Shown: positions 11,814 to 21,422, counted from the first letter of the stretch. The stretch is 24,000 nucleotides of DNA from Hydrogenovibrio sp. 3SP14C1 (GCF_029625905.1 NZ_JARTLM010000009.1:120798-144797); one strand, 5' to 3'. The notes: generated from the sequence alone by a model not told the origin. Program-made: numbers and translations.

Positions 11814-12305
11814 ATGATTGCATTTATTAAACATCAAGTAAAAACCTTTGGATTGATTGAATTATTCAAGGGGTTAGCTGTAACGGGTAAGTATTTATTT
11901 AAAAAGAAAATTACTGTTCGTTACCCTGAAGAAAAGACACCTTTATCTCCACGTTTCCGTGGTCATCACGCCTTACGTCGTTATGAGAATGGTGAAGAAC
12001 GTTGTATTGCTTGTAAGTTGTGTGAAGCAGTGTGTCCTGCAAATGCGATTACCATCGAATCTGAAGAACGTGAAGATGGTACACGTAGAACAACACAATA
12101 TGATATTGACATGTTTAAGTGTATTTATTGTGGTTTTTGTGAAGAAGCTTGTCCGGTAGATGCGGTTGTTGAGACACGAGTGTTTGAGTATGAGTTTCAC
12201 GAACGTGGTGCGCATATTTTGACCAAAGATCAACTTCTGGCATTTGGTGACAAGCATGAAAGCCAAATTGCTGCGGATCGTGCGGCGGATGCTAAGTATC
12301 GTTAA
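11814..12305 (+). CDS. nuoI: NADH-quinone oxidoreductase subunit I (2x 4Fe-4S ferredoxin)
   Basis: Motifs [12 protein letters not shown] and [15 protein letters not shown] 11814 follows AAGAGG. The longer track ORF (11754) overlaps nuoH and is rejected. Confidence 0.95.
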   Translation: MIAFIKHQVKTFGLIELFKGLAVTGKYLFKKKITVRYPEEKTPLSPRFRGHHALRRYENGEERCIACKLCEAVCPANAITIESEEREDGTRRTTQYDIDMFKCIYCGFCEEACPVDAVVETRVFEYEFHERGAHILTKDQLLAFGDKHESQIAADRAADAKYR

Positions 12306-12339
12306 TTTATTACCGTTAATATCAAAGAGAATGTGTTAA

Positions 12340-12975
12340 ATGACTTTTGAACAATTTATTTTTTATCTGTTAGCGGGTATTTCAGTTTTTTCAGGCCTGA
12401 TGGTCATAAGTGTTAAAAACCCGGTTAAAGCTGCCTTATGGTTGGTTTTGACGTTTATTGCAACGGCAGGGGTTTGGTTAACTGCACAAGCAGAATTCTT
12501 GGGGCTGGTTTTGATCCTCGTGTATGTCGGGGCCGTTATGGTTCTATTCTTATTCGTGGTGATGATGCTGGATATTAATCTCGCTCAGCTCAAAGAAGGC
12601 TTTACACGCTATTTACCATTAGGTGTTCTTGCAGCAGTCGCTATTTTTGCCCTGATGTATTTAGTGCTGGGGCCAGAGCGTTTTGGTTCAGAACAGTTTG
12701 CGGCGCCACAATTGGCTGGCGGAGAATACAGCAACACTAAATCCATCGCTGTTCCTTTATATACCACCCATGTTTATGCCTTTATTTTGGCTGCTGTTTT
12801 GTTGTTGGTTGGGATTGTCGCGGCAATCACATTGACCTTAAGACGCAGACCACCAAAAGATGTCTTATATCAAGATATTGATAAGCAGGTTAAAGTTCAG
12901 GCATCAGATCGTTTCAAGATGGTCAAAATGGATGCGGTGAAGGAAAAAGATATTCCAGTGAAGGAGGAAGACTGA
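12340..12975 (+). CDS. nuoJ: NADH-quinone oxidoreductase subunit J (ND6)
   Basis: Hydrophobic five-TM-type protein in the conserved J position, with a charged C-terminal tail. Confidence 0.9.
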   Translation: MTFEQFIFYLLAGISVFSGLMVISVKNPVKAALWLVLTFIATAGVWLTAQAEFLGLVLILVYVGAVMVLFLFVVMMLDINLAQLKEGFTRYLPLGVLAAVAIFALMYLVLGPERFGSEQFAAPQLAGGEYSNTKSIAVPLYTTHVYAFILAAVLLLVGIVAAITLTLRRRPPKDVLYQDIDKQVKVQASDRFKMVKMDAVKEKDIPVKEED

Positions 12976-13280
12976 TGATTGCGTTGTCAGATTATTTAAT
13001 TTTCGGTGCTATCCTTTTTACGGTCAGTATGGCAGGTATTTTCCTTAACCGGAAGAATGTGATTGTTTTGCTAATGTCGATCGAATTACTGTTATTAGCG
13101 GTTAACACTAACCTAGTTGCATTCTCATATTTCTTAAATGATGTGACGGGTCAGATATTTGTATTCTTTATTTTAACCGTTGCAGCGGCTGAAGCTGCCA
13201 TCGGGTTAGCGATTATCGTGTTAGTTTTCCGAAATCGTAAGAGTATCAATGTCGATGATTTAGGTTCAATGAAAGGGTAA
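12975..13280 (+). CDS. nuoK: NADH-quinone oxidoreductase subunit K (ND4L)
   Basis: 101-aa three-TM protein with [10 protein letters not shown] and [11 protein letters not shown]. It shares a TGATG 1-nt overlap with nuoJ. Confidence 0.94.
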   Translation: MIALSDYLIFGAILFTVSMAGIFLNRKNVIVLLMSIELLLLAVNTNLVAFSYFLNDVTGQIFVFFILTVAAAEAAIGLAIIVLVFRNRKSINVDDLGSMKG

Positions 13281-13288
13281 TAACAACG

Positions 13289-15265
13289 ATGATTTTAAAA
13301 TTTTTATTAACCATTATCCTTTTATCGCCGCTATTTGGTGCGGTTGCAGCAGGGTTGTTTGGTCGTCAAATTGGCCGACGTGGTGCACATACCATTACGA
13401 TTTTCGGTGTCGCTGTGTCTACCATTCTATCAGCTTATGTTTTCTGGCTTTTCGTCTTTAATGGTCAAGCAGTCTATAACGATTCGCTTTACACTTGGTT
13501 GGTTTCTGACGGTATCCGTTTTGAAATTGGCTACATGATTGATGAGCTTTCTGCCACGATGATGTTGGTGGTGACATTTGTCTCTTTGATGGTTCATATT
13601 TATACCATTGGCTATATGGATCATGATGAAGATTATGAGCACTCGAATCCTTATTACCAAAGATTCTTTAGTTATATCTCATTGTTCACCTTTTCAATGT
13701 TATCGCTTGTTATGGCGAACAACTTCCTGCAGCTTTTCTTCGGTTGGGAAGCCGTTGGATTAGTGTCTTATTTGTTGATCGGTTTTTACATGAAGCGTGA
13801 GTCAGCGATACAGGCAAATCTAAAAGCATTCCTGGTTAATCGTGTAGGGGATTTCGGCTTCATCCTGGGGATCGCCGTTGTGGTGATGTACTTTAATACA
13901 TTGGACTACAACGATTTCTTTGCCGGGCTAGAAGCACATAAAGAAACCACGATTAGTTTCTTCCCAGGTGTTGAATGGTCAATGATTACGGCCTTGTGTC
14001 TATTGTTGTTTGTTGGCGCAATGGGTAAATCGGCACAAATGCCATTACACGTTTGGCTTCCAGAATCAATGGAAGGTCCAACACCGATTTCTGCCTTAAT
14101 TCATGCTGCAACGATGGTTACCGCTGGGATCTTTATGGTCGCACGTTTATCCCCTGCGTATGAAATGTCAGAAGTCGCTTTGAGTGCCATCTTAATCATC
14201 GGGGCGACAACAGCCTTTATGATGGGCGCGTTAGGGATTGTTCAGAATGATATTAAACGTGTCGTTGCGTACTCAACTTTGTCACAGCTCGGGTATATGG
14301 TGGCGGCACTTGGGGCTTCAGCCTATGCAGCAGGGATGTTCCATGTATTAACACATGCTTTCTTTAAAGCATTACTGTTCTTAGCAGCAGGGTCTGTCAT
14401 TATCGCCATGCATCATATTCAAGACATTCGTCAAATGGGTGGTTTGCGCAAACATATGCCAGTGACCTATATAGCATTGCTTGTCGGAACGTTAGCGTTG
14501 ATTGGTTTCCCTGGATTCTCTGGATTCTTCTCGAAAGACAGTGTCCTAATGGCAGTGGGTCAAACGGATACCTTTGGTGCAGGCTATGCACAGATTCTCT
14601 TGCTGATTGGTGTATTTGTTACCGCCTTTTACAGTTTCAGAATGTTCTTCCTGGTATTCCATGGTCAAGAGTCTGATTATGTGAAAAATCATAAGATTTC
14701 AGAATCACCATTAGTCGTCACGGTACCTTTGATTTTATTAGCCATTCCAGCAGTTATCATGGGGCTGCCAATGATGGATGGCATTTTCTCAGGGAGCTAT
14801 TTTGGTAGCTCTATCACCGTACTACCAGAGAATGATGTGCTGAAAACAATCTATACTGACCAGTACCACGGTGTGATTGATATGATGATTCACTCTTTGA
14901 CAACAGCACCGGTTATTTTAGCTTTCTCTGGTGTTTTCTTAGCCTGGTTGCTGTATATTAAGCGCCCTGAATTGCCTGGCAAAATCAAACAGGCCTGTCC
15001 GCGTGGTTTCTACATGTTAGACAATGCGTATGGTTTTGACCGTTTCAATGAAATCGTGTTTGAAAAGGGTGCTCGTAAGCTAGGGAACTATTTCTGGAAA
15101 TCAATTGATGTGAAATTGATTGATACAGGAATTGTAACCAACGGATTTACATCGATTGCAAACGCGGCTTCTGCATTGAGACTGAGTCAGACCGGTTTCT
15201 TATACCACTATGCGTTTGTAATGATTTTTGGCCTACTAGCGATGCTAGTTTGGGTACTGTGGTAA
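13289..15265 (+). CDS. nuoL: NADH-quinone oxidoreductase subunit L (ND5)
   Basis: 658-aa antiporter-like subunit with GWEAVGLVSYLLIGF and GKSAQMPLHVWLPESMEGPTPISALIHAATMV. Confidence 0.96.
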   Translation: MILKFLLTIILLSPLFGAVAAGLFGRQIGRRGAHTITIFGVAVSTILSAYVFWLFVFNGQAVYNDSLYTWLVSDGIRFEIGYMIDELSATMMLVVTFVSLMVHIYTIGYMDHDEDYEHSNPYYQRFFSYISLFTFSMLSLVMANNFLQLFFGWEAVGLVSYLLIGFYMKRESAIQANLKAFLVNRVGDFGFILGIAVVVMYFNTLDYNDFFAGLEAHKETTISFFPGVEWSMITALCLLLFVGAMGKSAQMPLHVWLPESMEGPTPISALIHAATMVTAGIFMVARLSPAYEMSEVALSAILIIGATTAFMMGALGIVQNDIKRVVAYSTLSQLGYMVAALGASAYAAGMFHVLTHAFFKALLFLAAGSVIIAMHHIQDIRQMGGLRKHMPVTYIALLVGTLALIGFPGFSGFFSKDSVLMAVGQTDTFGAGYAQILLLIGVFVTAFYSFRMFFLVFHGQESDYVKNHKISESPLVVTVPLILLAIPAVIMGLPMMDGIFSGSYFGSSITVLPENDVLKTIYTDQYHGVIDMMIHSLTTAPVILAFSGVFLAWLLYIKRPELPGKIKQACPRGFYMLDNAYGFDRFNEIVFEKGARKLGNYFWKSIDVKLIDTGIVTNGFTSIANAASALRLSQTGFLYHYAFVMIFGLLAMLVWVLW

Positions 15266-15298
15266 TGACAATAATAAAAAGAGAAGGGAATTAATTAC

Positions 15299-16813
15299 AT
15301 GCTTTTCGGTTTTCCTATTTTAAGTACCCTAATATGGTTACCTATCATTGGTGGTCTATTAATTCTATTCTTAGGGCGAGATAGAGACACTTTTACAAAA
15401 TGGTTTGCGCTGTCAGTTTCTGTCGTTACCTTTTTAGTCTCTATCCCTCTTTGGACACAATTTGACACCTCGACTTCTGCAATGCAGTTTGTCGAGCAGG
15501 TTTCTTGGGTTTCACAATTTAATATCCAGTACTACCTGGGGGTAGATGGGCTGTCGATGCCTTTGGTATTGTTGACAACCTTTACCCAGATTCTGGTGAT
15601 TGCTTCAGCTTGGGACGTTATCAAAGAGCGTGTTGAACAATACATGGGTGCCTTCATGATTATGCAAGGGCTTATGATTGGTGTTTTCGTCGCGCTGGAT
15701 GGTATTTTGTTCTATGTGTTCTGGGAGGCCTTGTTGATCCCCATGTTTATCGTAATCGGTAAATGGGGTGGGCAGGATCGTGTGTATGCCACTATCAAGT
15801 TCTTCTTGTATACCTTCTTCGGGTCGGTATTCATGTTGGTTGCTTTCCTGTATATGTACTTTCAATCAGGCAGCTTCTCGATTCTTGATTTCCATGCAAT
15901 GCATTTAGGCAGCACGGCACAAATCTTAATTTTCTTGGCATTCTTAATTGCCTTTGCGGTTAAAGTTCCGATGTTCCCAGTGCATACCTGGTTACCGGAT
16001 GCGCACGTTCAGGCACCAACAGCTGGGTCTGTTGTACTGGCGGCCATCATGTTGAAAATGGGGGGCTACGGCTTTGTTCGTTTCAGTCTGCCGATCACAC
16101 CAGATGCATCCATGGAATTAGACTGGTTAGTGATTGCACTTTCGTTGATTGCCATCTTCTACATCGGTTTGGTGGCCATGGTTCAAAAAGATATGAAGAA
16201 ACTGGTCGCTTACTCGTCCATTTCTCACATGGGCTTCGTCACCATCGGGATGTTCTTAGTGTATGACATTGTTCAAAACACCGGTTCAATTCAAGGTTCC
16301 ATGATCGGGATGGAAGGGGCGATGATTCAAATGATCTCACACGGCTTTATTTCCGGTGCCATGTTCTTGATGATCGGTGTGCTTTATGACCGCATGCATA
16401 CACGTGAAATTTCAGCTTATGGCGGGGTTGTTAATACCATGCCGTGGTTTGGTTTCTTTGCCGTATTATTCGCTATGGCGAATGCAGGGCTGCCTGGAAC
16501 GTCCGGTTTCGTAGGGGAATTCATGGTTATTCTGGCATCCTTCAAAGCCAATGTTTGGTACGGAATTGTGGCGGCCTCAACCTTGATTATCGGTGCGGCT
16601 TATACCCTATGGATGGTCAAGCGTGTTTTCTTTGGCGCAGTGGCTAATGACAATGTCGGTTCCTTGAAAGATTTAAACAAACGAGAGTTTGCCATTATGG
16701 CAACCTTGGCTTTCGCCGTGGTTCTATTGGGTATTTACCCAGCACCATTGATTGAAGTCATGCACTCTTCGGTTGCTAATCTGCTGATCCAAGCGACCAC
16801 TTCAAAACTATAA
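15299..16813 (+). CDS. nuoM: NADH-quinone oxidoreductase subunit M (ND4)
   Basis: 504-aa antiporter-like subunit with VKVPMFPVHTWLPDAHVQAPTAGSVVLAAIMLKMGGYG. Confidence 0.96.
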   Translation: MLFGFPILSTLIWLPIIGGLLILFLGRDRDTFTKWFALSVSVVTFLVSIPLWTQFDTSTSAMQFVEQVSWVSQFNIQYYLGVDGLSMPLVLLTTFTQILVIASAWDVIKERVEQYMGAFMIMQGLMIGVFVALDGILFYVFWEALLIPMFIVIGKWGGQDRVYATIKFFLYTFFGSVFMLVAFLYMYFQSGSFSILDFHAMHLGSTAQILIFLAFLIAFAVKVPMFPVHTWLPDAHVQAPTAGSVVLAAIMLKMGGYGFVRFSLPITPDASMELDWLVIALSLIAIFYIGLVAMVQKDMKKLVAYSSISHMGFVTIGMFLVYDIVQNTGSIQGSMIGMEGAMIQMISHGFISGAMFLMIGVLYDRMHTREISAYGGVVNTMPWFGFFAVLFAMANAGLPGTSGFVGEFMVILASFKANVWYGIVAASTLIIGAAYTLWMVKRVFFGAVANDNVGSLKDLNKREFAIMATLAFAVVLLGIYPAPLIEVMHSSVANLLIQATTSKL

Positions 16814-16836
16814 GAAACAATAGGTGAGTTAATCGT

Positions 16837-18273
16837 ATGAACTTTGTTATTCCCAGTTTTATTCCTGCAATCCCAGAGATCGTCTTACTAACGTTGACGT
16901 CTTTGCTGCTCATTGCAGACACTATCTGGTCTAAGCGTAGCGAATTTGCAACCTATTATGCGACCCAGTTAATCTTATTGGTGGTTGGGTATTTAGTTTT
17001 GACCAGCTTCTCGACCAGCCAAATACTTACATTCGATGGCAGTTTTGTCAGAGATGCGTTCGGCGACGTCTTAAAGCTGGTGATCGTGGTGGTCTCAATG
17101 GGGATTTTCTTATTCTCTAAAGAATACCTATTGCAAAACAAATTCTATCGCGGCGAATACTTCACACTCGGTCTTTTCGGGGTGCTGGGGATGTTTGTTA
17201 TGGTATCCGCTTATAACCTAATCACTATGTACTTAGGTTTGGAAATCATGTCTTTGGCACTTTATGCCATGGTCGCGATGCGTAAAGACAACCAGCATGC
17301 GCTTGAAGCGGCGATGAAATACTTTGTCCTAGGTGCTTTGGCAACCGGTATGTTGCTGTATGGTTTCTCAATGATTTACGGGGCAACAGGCAGCATTCAG
17401 TTTGACGAGATGGCTCAAATCATTGCCAGTGGTAATGTCGATAACGTCGTCCTATCCTTTGGTGTGGTGTTCATTGTCATTGGTTTGGCTTTCAAACTAG
17501 GGGCTGTTCCGTTCCATATGTGGGTGCCAGACGTTTATCATGGGGCACCAACCGCCGTGACTTTGTATATCGGTACGGCACCCAAAATTGCCGCGTTCGC
17601 CATGCTATATCGTATTTTGGTTGAAGGATTGCCAGGCCTGGTAGAAGACTGGCAAAGCCTGATTGTGATGATCTCGGTTCTGTCGTTAATTGTTGGGGCC
17701 GTCATTACGCTGGTGCAAGAAAACTTGAAGCGTCTGTTAGCTTATTCAGGGATTGGGCACATCGGGTTTATCTTACTTGGGATCATTGCTGCCAACCCTG
17801 ATGGGTATTCTGCAGCGATGTTCTACACCATTGTGTATTCCATCACTGCGCTGGCTGGTTTTGGGATGATTGTGGCCTTGGCTCGCACCAATAATGAATT
17901 CGACTTGGTGGCTGACTTTAAAGGCATGAACAAACGTAACCCATGGTTAGCGTTAATGATGTTATTCGTCATGTTCTCAATGGCCGGGATTCCACCATTT
18001 GTTGGGTTCTATGCTAAAGTCGTTGTCATTGAAGAAGTCGTTCAAGCAGGCTTCACATGGTTAGCGGTGCTTGCCGTGTTCATGGCCGTCATCAGTGCTT
18101 TCTACTACTTACGAGTCGTGAAAGTAATGTATTTTGATGAACCGGAAGACGATACAAAAATTGAGCCAGTCAGCAATCAGCTGAACTGGGCAGTGAGTTT
18201 TGTTTCCATTGCGTTACTGGTTTTAGGTTTAATGCCTTCCTCTTTAATAACGCTCTGTTACAATAGCTTATAG
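16837..18273 (+). CDS. nuoN: NADH-quinone oxidoreductase subunit N (ND2)
   Basis: 478-aa antiporter-like subunit with FKLGAVPFHMWVPDVYHGAPTAVT. It is the last gene of the cluster. Confidence 0.95.
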   Translation: MNFVIPSFIPAIPEIVLLTLTSLLLIADTIWSKRSEFATYYATQLILLVVGYLVLTSFSTSQILTFDGSFVRDAFGDVLKLVIVVVSMGIFLFSKEYLLQNKFYRGEYFTLGLFGVLGMFVMVSAYNLITMYLGLEIMSLALYAMVAMRKDNQHALEAAMKYFVLGALATGMLLYGFSMIYGATGSIQFDEMAQIIASGNVDNVVLSFGVVFIVIGLAFKLGAVPFHMWVPDVYHGAPTAVTLYIGTAPKIAAFAMLYRILVEGLPGLVEDWQSLIVMISVLSLIVGAVITLVQENLKRLLAYSGIGHIGFILLGIIAANPDGYSAAMFYTIVYSITALAGFGMIVALARTNNEFDLVADFKGMNKRNPWLALMMLFVMFSMAGIPPFVGFYAKVVVIEEVVQAGFTWLAVLAVFMAVISAFYYLRVVKVMYFDEPEDDTKIEPVSNQLNWAVSFVSIALLVLGLMPSSLITLCYNSL

Positions 18274-18296
18274 GCTACAAAATCATTAAACATTAT

Positions 18297-18325
18297 AAAG
18301 CCCGTTTTCACGGGCTTTTATTTTA
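18297..18325 (+). terminator. Rho-independent terminator after nuoN
   Basis: In AAAGCCCGTTTTCACGGGCTTTTATTTT, the stem AAAGCCCG(T)/(A)CGGGCTTT is followed by a T-rich tract. Confidence 0.75.
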
Positions 18326-18340
18326 TAAAAGGTGGGTTAC

Positions 18341-18676
18341 ATGTCTTTAGATGCCGCAGTTTGGGTGCTTCTTGTCACAGCAATTGTTTTAGCAAACATT
18401 CCTTGGTTGTTATCAAACCGACTATTTGTCTTTATTCCCGTTGCAACTAAGTCTATCTGGCTTAATTTTGCCGAATGGTTCTTATACTTTCTCGTAACAG
18501 GCTTATTTGCCTATCTACTGGAAAATAACGCAATGGGTCATGTCAAAGAGCAGGGCTGGGAGTTCTATGCCGTCACATTGTTTATGTTTGCCATCTTCGC
18601 ATTTCCAGGCTTTATCTACCGATATAACCTGAAAATGTTCCTGGATAAGACCAAAAAACAAACTAATTCAAATTAA
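18341..18676 (+). CDS. Small polytopic membrane protein, DUF2818-like (a family I recall as often found downstream of nuoN)
   Basis: 111 aa with about 3-4 hydrophobic helices and the string QGWEFYAVTLFMFAIFAFPGFIYRY. ATG 18341 lies 8 nt after AAAAGG. The family assignment is from memory of nuoN-adjacent DUF2818 genes and is not verified. Confidence 0.55.
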   Translation: MSLDAAVWVLLVTAIVLANIPWLLSNRLFVFIPVATKSIWLNFAEWFLYFLVTGLFAYLLENNAMGHVKEQGWEFYAVTLFMFAIFAFPGFIYRYNLKMFLDKTKKQTNSN

Positions 18677-18689
18677 TCCCAAATCGCCC

Positions 18690-18717
18690 TTGCATTATCT
18701 GTGTAACACACTATAAT
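18690..18717 (+). promoter_or_regulatory. Sigma70-type promoter for tRNA-fMet
   Basis: TTGCAT (18690-18695), a 16-nt spacer, then TATAAT (18712-18717), followed by the GC-rich discriminator ACGCC. It lies ~40 nt upstream of the tRNA. Confidence 0.55.
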
Positions 18718-18758
18718 ACGCCACATCGAAACGCAAAGCGCTTTGATAATTACATTGA

Positions 18759-18835
<77 letters not shown>

Positions 18836-18841
18836 CATTCT

Positions 18842-18890
18842 AAAGCCAGATTTTTCAAACACTTACGAGTGAATGAAGTCTGGCTTTTTT
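18842..18890 (+). terminator. Hairpin plus T6 terminator between tRNA-fMet and the integrase stop codon
   Basis: AAAGCCAGA (18842-18850) pairs with TCTGGCTTT (18879-18887) around a 28-nt partly self-pairing loop, then TTTTTT. The integrase stop codon (18889-18891) lies within the T tract. Confidence 0.55.
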
Positions 18891-19914
18891 ATTGCCCAAA
18901 ATTCACCGCTGTGGCTGAATTTGTGACAAATGCAGTAGTAGGGCGGTTTACATACTGTTGAAGGTGTTGGTGGGTAAAATGCGCATAACGCTTAACCATT
19001 TTATAATCCGACCAGCCACCTAGTTCTTGAAGGACTTCTAAAGGCGTTCCTCGTTGAATATGCCATGTCGCCCACGTGTGACGCAAATCATGCCAGCGAA
19101 AATCCTCTATTCCCAATTCAGCGCAAGTATTCTTAAAAGCTTTGGTATTAGCTCTCCTGATAGGGTTGCCTCTAAAAGTAAACACTCGAGTAGGGTGCTT
19201 ACCAACTTGTCTTTTAATCACTTCCACTGCGGTGTCTGATAGTGGTACAACAAAAGCTTGCTCAGATTTGAGTATGTCATCTCCTTCAATATAGATAATA
19301 CGTTGTGAGAAGTCGATCTGATCCCATCGTAACAGGGTTACATTCGACTCTCTTAACCCCGTCTCTAAGGAAAGGGTTGCCATATCTGCTATATGTGAAG
19401 GTAAAGCATTAATCAATCTGAGAGCTTCGGGTTCTGCCAACCAGCGCACTCGTTTTTTGGGTTCCTTCAAGAGTTTTATATAGGGTGGGTCGCATTTAAC
19501 TTCCCACTCTTTGTGTGCAATGTTTAATACCGCTCTAAGTTTCTGTAACAAACGATTGATGGTTGCATTGCTGACGCCTTCCTTCAAACGTGTTTGAATG
19601 ATTTCATCAACGTGCATCCGTCTAATCTCATCCACATACAAGTGACCAAAATAAGGGTCGAGGTATTTAAAAATACTCACCTCATTAGTTGAATCCTTAT
19701 TTTGTTTTTCCCTCATGAATCGAACAACAGCTTCTTTCCAAAGAAGGCGAGGTTTTTCCCCTAAATTGTGGACTCGCCATAAATCGGATTTTAGCTTTGC
19801 TTCGTATTCTAGGGCTTCCTGTTTGTGTTCAGTCCCAGTAGAGCGTCGTATTCTTTTTCCGTCTGGTGTAATGAATTGAGTCCACCAGATGTTGTTTCTA
19901 AGGTAGATTGACAT
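18889..19914 (-). CDS. int: Tyrosine recombinase / phage-type integrase (tRNA-targeting type)
   Basis: N-terminal arm-type segment IYLRNNIWWTQFITPDGKRIRRSTGT. Catalytic motifs are ETGLRESN (Arg I), WHDLRHTWATW (HxxR) and GGWSDYKMVKRYAH (W/Y). GAGGA lies 6 nt upstream of the ATG. Confidence 0.93.
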   Translation of the reverse strand: MSIYLRNNIWWTQFITPDGKRIRRSTGTEHKQEALEYEAKLKSDLWRVHNLGEKPRLLWKEAVVRFMREKQNKDSTNEVSIFKYLDPYFGHLYVDEIRRMHVDEIIQTRLKEGVSNATINRLLQKLRAVLNIAHKEWEVKCDPPYIKLLKEPKKRVRWLAEPEALRLINALPSHIADMATLSLETGLRESNVTLLRWDQIDFSQRIIYIEGDDILKSEQAFVVPLSDTAVEVIKRQVGKHPTRVFTFRGNPIRRANTKAFKNTCAELGIEDFRWHDLRHTWATWHIQRGTPLEVLQELGGWSDYKMVKRYAHFTHQHLQQYVNRPTTAFVTNSATAVNFGQ

Positions 19915-20135
19915 AATGATTCCTCATCGTTGCCAACAACTTGCACAACACTCTCAGGAATAGAATATTGATTTCTCAGGAATTGTGCAAGGTCTTGTTG
20001 AATAAATACCCATTTTCTTCCAATCTTGCCACCAGGAATTTTTCCAGCCTGAGCCTGTCTTCTAACCGTTTCAGGATTGCACTGTAAATATTCAGCAGCT
20101 TGGTGAAGAGTCAGTGTTTTGTTTGGTTCAATCAT
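19809..20135 (-). CDS. Excisionase/AlpA-like MerR-type HTH DNA-binding protein with C-terminal extension
   Basis: The N-terminal LTLHQAAEYLQCNPETVRRQAQAGKIPGGKIGRKWVFIQQDLAQFL matches the excisionase-family HTH pattern. It shares an ATGA overlap with the upstream gene. The last ~35 codons overlap the integrase start out of frame. Confidence 0.75.
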   Translation of the reverse strand: MIEPNKTLTLHQAAEYLQCNPETVRRQAQAGKIPGGKIGRKWVFIQQDLAQFLRNQYSIPESVVQVVGNDEESLCQSTLETTSGGLNSLHQTEKEYDALLGLNTNRKP

Positions 20136-20476
20136 TGTTCTTCCTCTCTTTTATCGCTGTGTGGCATGAATTGTTTTGTTCGAGGTTTTGGAGGTTCTCC
20201 TGATCTATTTATCCATTTGTATAGCTGTTTAAGAGCAAGCCAATAAGCATATAAAGTCTGGTCACTTAAATGACAGTTCTCATGGTAAAAACCAATAATT
20301 TGCTTCTTACCAATCGAGTAAACAGATGGCGTTTGATATTTGTTATTCGCAAATTCAAAAACACGTCTGACTTTTTTTACTTGTTGTCGTCGATTCTTTT
20401 TTCCACCGTGGCTTTTGTAGCATCGTGATAAGAGTTCGATTTCATCAAAATGTTTTGCAGCTATTTTCCTTTTCAT
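20132..20476 (-). CDS. Small basic protein; possible phage-integrase N-terminal SAM-like (Phage_int_SAM_2-like) or MpsB-like accessory protein
   Basis: 114 aa, translationally coupled at both ends through ATGA overlaps. It has a Lys/Arg-rich N-terminal half. The C-terminal segment SDQTLYAYWLALKQLYKWINRSGEPPKP resembles core-binding SAM-like helices. The family call is from memory only. Confidence 0.6.
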   Translation of the reverse strand: MKRKIAAKHFDEIELLSRCYKSHGGKKNRRQQVKKVRRVFEFANNKYQTPSVYSIGKKQIIGFYHENCHLSDQTLYAYWLALKQLYKWINRSGEPPKPRTKQFMPHSDKREEEQ

Positions 20477-21402
20477 CCTTTCCCTCCCAAATAAGCAGAG
20501 ACTACATCCTCACGGTGATGCCCCAATTCTTTTGAAATTTGCAAACGTGCTGCGGAATCAAGTTCACGAGCTTGACGTTCTTCAATGCCTAGTTGTTTAG
20601 CCAGATGAGGAATCCAGCGCTCTTCACGGTCCTGGTCTTCGATAGGTGCAATGTGATTTGTGATTTCTAGATATCTTTTTTGAGCATATGCATGACGCTC
20701 ACCATGAAAGTTTATTTCAAGGTTTCTAATTTCGTTGTATGCTTCATGTTTAAACTCTATGTAGGTTTGCTTTCCTGGAATCATAGATCGGTCATCTTGC
20801 TGAATTTCGGCCGCGTTAGCTAAGACTTCAATTTGATAGTCGTGGGAGAGGGTAATTTCTCTTTTTTGGCCTCCTTTTGTGCCATATTCAATCGTAATGG
20901 TATTGTTTTGTTTTGCCTGTTCTAAAGCCGTTTTGGCATCCAGTTTGGCACTTTCTTCAAATCGCAACCCGAATGATCTTTGTAGCTCCAAGAGCGTTGC
21001 TACTCGATGATCTAGAACCTCAATGACGTGTTCATGTTCATGTTTTGGTGTGCTTAAATTCTGTGAAGCGACTAGTATTCGACTTTCGGCTACTTCGGTG
21101 GGGTTGATCCTCACTTCTCGATCACCCCTAGCTTCTTCTAAAACTATATTTACAGCTGATATATAGTTTTGTTGAGAAGCGGGAGAGTAACCTTTGTCTA
21201 CTAATGTCTGGCCATACTCTCTGATGTGTTCAACTTCTATGTGCTCCATACGCCTGATGCCCCTGTCTTTCACGTAATCAACGAATTGATTCCAGCGTTT
21301 TGAGACAGTCGAAATGCTGCTAAAGCTTTCATAATGCCGCTTGATAGCAATGTGACCGGCTCGACCCATATCTCTATTTCCTAATCCAAAATTTCTACTC
21401 AC
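20473..21402 (-). CDS. Tyrosine-recombinase-fold protein (Integrase_1-like); candidate MpsA-type atypical relaxase
   Basis: GTG start lies 8-9 nt after GAGGGA. By my count the catalytic residues are ordered R147 (GLRFEES), K176/K180 (TKGGQKRE), H233-x-x-R236 (HGERH), H295/H296 (GHHRED) and Y304 (VVSAYLG). The HxxR-to-Y spacing is unusually long (68 aa). The N-terminal SAM-like segment is WNQFVDYVKDRGIRRMEHIEVEHIREYGQTLVDKGYSPASQQNYISAVN. Confidence 0.7.
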   Translation of the reverse strand: MSRNFGLGNRDMGRAGHIAIKRHYESFSSISTVSKRWNQFVDYVKDRGIRRMEHIEVEHIREYGQTLVDKGYSPASQQNYISAVNIVLEEARGDREVRINPTEVAESRILVASQNLSTPKHEHEHVIEVLDHRVATLLELQRSFGLRFEESAKLDAKTALEQAKQNNTITIEYGTKGGQKREITLSHDYQIEVLANAAEIQQDDRSMIPGKQTYIEFKHEAYNEIRNLEINFHGERHAYAQKRYLEITNHIAPIEDQDREERWIPHLAKQLGIEERQARELDSAARLQISKELGHHREDVVSAYLGGKG

Positions 21403-21422
21403 ATTCAGTCCCTCTACTCTTG

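Noticed and set aside
2690-18340. Longer N-terminal extensions given by the ORF track for tpiA (2690), secG (3426), nuoA (3990), nuoB (4325), nuoI (11754) and the DUF2818-like ORF (18332)
   Set aside because: The extensions start at TTG or GTG, or overlap the preceding gene. Internal ATGs with proper SD spacing give N-termini matching the conserved family starts.
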